From IMG/VR virus record IMGVR_UViG_3300045988_117041: a DNA stretch of 64,000 nucleotides; one strand, written 5' to 3'. Under the pieces are notes generated by a model that saw only the letters and a program-made list of their open reading frames with translations, was not told the DNA's origin and ran no database searches. Each line of letters opens with the position of its first letter. Position 1 is the stretch's first letter. This document shows positions 61,797 to 64,000 of the stretch, piece after piece. Position numbers and translations under genes: made by a program. Origin of the DNA: a virus.

Positions 61797-61825
61797 TTGT
61801 GTGTATCCTATTTTTGTGCTACAAT
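61797..61825 (+). promoter_or_regulatory. Sigma-A-type promoter
   Basis: TTGTGT, 17-nt spacer, TGcTACAAT. Confidence 0.45.
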
Positions 61826-61901
61826 ACCTTTAGAAACACCACACCGTTACATTAAGGGTAATTAATAACCCACCATGAAATACATACAAGGAGGTCACAT
61901 A

Positions 61902-62081
61902 ATGAGTAAGAAAGACGAAAATGTCCACGTAGTCCCCAACTGCACAATAACAAGGATGTTAAGTGCAAACGGGAGCAAAACACCTTTACCTACACTTGAT
62001 AGTAAAGGAGTGTGTTCAGGTGTTATGAAAGGTAAAACACCATACGCGCTGTGTCAGCAGTGCCGAGTATTTAAGAAGTAA
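61902..62081 (+). CDS. Hypothetical small Cys-containing protein
   Basis: 59 aa. ATG 61902 follows AAGGAGG. Confidence 0.5.
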   Translation: MSKKDENVHVVPNCTITRMLSANGSKTPLPTLDSKGVCSGVMKGKTPYALCQQCRVFKK

Positions 62082-62089
62082 GAAACAAC

Positions 62090-62116
62090 GCCCTGTATAA
62101 TACAGGGCTTTATTTA
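62090..62116 (+). terminator. Rho-independent terminator
   Basis: GCCCTGTA pairs with TACAGGGC, followed by TTTATTT. Confidence 0.55.
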
Positions 62117-62136
62117 TCAAAGGAGGAAATAAAGAT

Positions 62137-63294
62137 ATGCCAATGACATTAGAGGAAGCTATTGAACACTTAAATGAAATACTTGCAGACGAAAACGGGT
62201 GGCCCTGTGAAGCGTGTAAGTCAGAACACGTACAACTTAGAGAGTGGTTAATAGAATTAAAACAGCGCCGCGGTGAAATAAAATCTGCACCTGTAGTTGA
62301 AACCACCTATAGACCGTTTCTTGATTTAAGGGGTTCACAAACGGATATTATGATTATGTCCGTCCCATTATCAGTAGAAGGTATAAAAGACATAGACAAG
62401 GAATCAGTGTATGCAGACTACAGGTGCTTTTTAACACGCAACAAAAGACTTAGTTTAGGTATAATGAATCCTGTAGAAGCTATCGGCGCCGTAATGAGAT
62501 ATGTGCAGGTAAGGATACCAAAAAATGAGGGTAGAAACTATATTGTTATCACCTGCACAGAAGCGGTGCTTATAAAGAATCAAGTGTACACAGTAGACAT
62601 ACGGACACATAACACTATTATTAAATGTACGTGTGTAAATCTTAAAACAGGTGAAGAAGCAGAAATTAACATAGTGGTAGACTGTTTTGATATAAGTAAT
62701 ATATTTGAGCGCAAAGATTTAATAATACACGAATCAGAATGGTGCACTGATTTAGAGACACTTAATAAAGTAGAAGGTCTTAGAATAACCTTTGACATAC
62801 TTATCGGCAATAGTAATATTAAAGGGGTGCTGTGCACAACTGAACCAGAGCGTATAGGTATGCAGACTGATGTTACGTCTGAACGGATTGAGCGTTTCAC
62901 ATTAGGTATGATTTACCATGTTGCCGACAAGTTAGATATAGAAGGAGACATATACATTAACTTTGCTACAATGGGTGTTAGAAGAAACACTCACAGTAAA
63001 TATAACACCTATAGCAGTGAAGCGAGTTGGGACAATGTAGTATGTAAAAATGCGCCGGAGTTTAATAGAACTGCAACCATAAATATAAATGACAACTACA
63101 GTTATGAGGTAGAAGCACTTAGGTTCAAAAAGAGAATAGAAGATTATGTAGACGATAATTTAGTAACTATCGTGGCAACACAGTATGAGCCAGAACCAGA
63201 ATTAGACCCCAAAGACATAAAAGTTGGCACAGATGTGACTATGAATCTTTACCTAGCTGACGATTTCATAGGAGGTGAAGACCATGACAGCTAA
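62137..63294 (+). CDS. Hypothetical protein
   Basis: 385 aa with SD AAAGGAGG. Confidence 0.6.
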   Translation: MPMTLEEAIEHLNEILADENGWPCEACKSEHVQLREWLIELKQRRGEIKSAPVVETTYRPFLDLRGSQTDIMIMSVPLSVEGIKDIDKESVYADYRCFLTRNKRLSLGIMNPVEAIGAVMRYVQVRIPKNEGRNYIVITCTEAVLIKNQVYTVDIRTHNTIIKCTCVNLKTGEEAEINIVVDCFDISNIFERKDLIIHESEWCTDLETLNKVEGLRITFDILIGNSNIKGVLCTTEPERIGMQTDVTSERIERFTLGMIYHVADKLDIEGDIYINFATMGVRRNTHSKYNTYSSEASWDNVVCKNAPEFNRTATININDNYSYEVEALRFKKRIEDYVDDNLVTIVATQYEPEPELDPKDIKVGTDVTMNLYLADDFIGGEDHDS

Positions 63295-63532
63295 TCAGAT
63301 AATACAACAGTTGGAGTTAGTAAAGCTGAAACACAAAGACAGACGTGTAGATGTGGGCGAATTAAATCTATATAATATGTGTGATGATTGCGCCCGGAAG
63401 TTAAAAGAGACTACAGAGTTTAAGTTAGAGTCAAGCGATAATACGGATATGACTTTAGAGTGTAAGAACGGTATCTATGTAGTATACGATAAAGAAGGTG
63501 CAGTAGTAGCTGAGTTCTTAGCTTACCACTAA
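63284..63532 (+). CDS. Hypothetical protein
   Basis: 82 aa. ATG 63284 follows AGGAGG. Confidence 0.5.
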   Translation: MTANQIIQQLELVKLKHKDRRVDVGELNLYNMCDDCARKLKETTEFKLESSDNTDMTLECKNGIYVVYDKEGAVVAEFLAYH

Positions 63533-63822
63533 ACACCAACACAAATTTTAAAATCGAGCCGGGTTAAAGTAAAGACCTTGAACATAAAAGGTAATAGATA
63601 AAGAGATATAGAGAAGAACCATATACAAGGAACTATCTATACAATGCCTTTAATGTCCAGGGTCTTTCTTTATGTGTAAATATCGCGCTATTTAATGAAT
63701 AACCCTATTAAAATTTAAAAACGGGCCGGGTAAAGATTATATAGTGAACTAAAATGAATAGAGATAGAGTATAAGTAAGCTATGTAAGCCCATTTAACAC
63801 ATACTATTCAAGGTCAATATGA

Positions 63823-63880
63823 CTCTATATCTATCACTCTATATCTATCACTCTATATCTATCACTCTATATCTATCACT
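63823..63880. repeat. Tandem direct repeat: 14-bp unit CTCTATATCTATCA, 4 copies plus 2 nt
   Basis: The copies are exact and contiguous, in a non-coding region. Degenerate inverted copies lie at 63602-63613 and about 63757-63774. Confidence 0.9.
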
Positions 63881-64000
63881 ACCCCGGACGGAAGTTCCGC
63901 AATTTTGGTGTTTTGAGACCGTTTTTGAGGACATTTAAGGTGTGTTTGTCCGTACAGGAAAGACGTGTCTATTTTTCACATAGGTAATTTTCAAAAAAAG

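Noticed and set aside
63823-63880. A CRISPR array.
   Set aside because: The four 14-bp units are contiguous with no spacers and far shorter than CRISPR repeats. This is a simple tandem repeat (iteron-like).
1-64000. A lysogeny module (integrase, CI-like repressor, excisionase).
   Set aside because: No integrase or repressor motif was recognised. The MerR-like HTH at 32301 is not enough on its own to call the phage temperate, so lifestyle is left undetermined.

Overview
This window is one long stretch (at least 64 kb) of a tailed dsDNA phage genome. The tail is contractile and PBSX/P2-like. The host is almost certainly Gram-positive: there are many sigma-A promoters of the TTGACA-17-TGnTATAAT type, AGGAGG ribosome-binding sites, an endolysin with cell-wall-binding repeats, and a SpoVS homologue.

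Every credible gene is on the + strand, with one exception described below. Gene order:
- truncated terminase, portal, scaffold and capsid
- head-tail joining genes
- sheath, tube, chaperone and tape measure
- baseplate (gpV, gpW, gpJ and gpI-like)
- three fibre genes
- XkdW/XkdX-like genes, holin and endolysin
- a replication and recombination block: an SF2 helicase, DnaC-like loader, DnaB, primase, gp32-like SSB, HU, Pol I, RecA, a Cas4-like exonuclease and two resolvase-like nucleases
- a 7-deazaguanine DNA-modification cluster (queD, queE, queC, folE, dpdA-like)
- unknown genes, ending in a non-coding iteron region

Main points of interest:
1. A 965-bp segment is bracketed by perfect 26-bp inverted repeats. 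It carries two alternative, in-frame C-terminal tips for a tail-fibre gene, which looks like a Mu G/P1 C-type host-range switch. No recombinase is recognisable in the window.
2. QueC is fused to a radical-SAM/SPASM-like domain inside an expanded deazaguanine cluster.
3. Two LAGLIDADG-type inteins split the catalytic motifs of the helicase and the DNA polymerase.
4. There is a tandem DUF2829 (Tad2-like) protein, a phage signal peptidase I, a SpoVS homologue and a MazF/PemK-fold fusion protein.

All homology statements come from motif recognition by eye. No database search was run.
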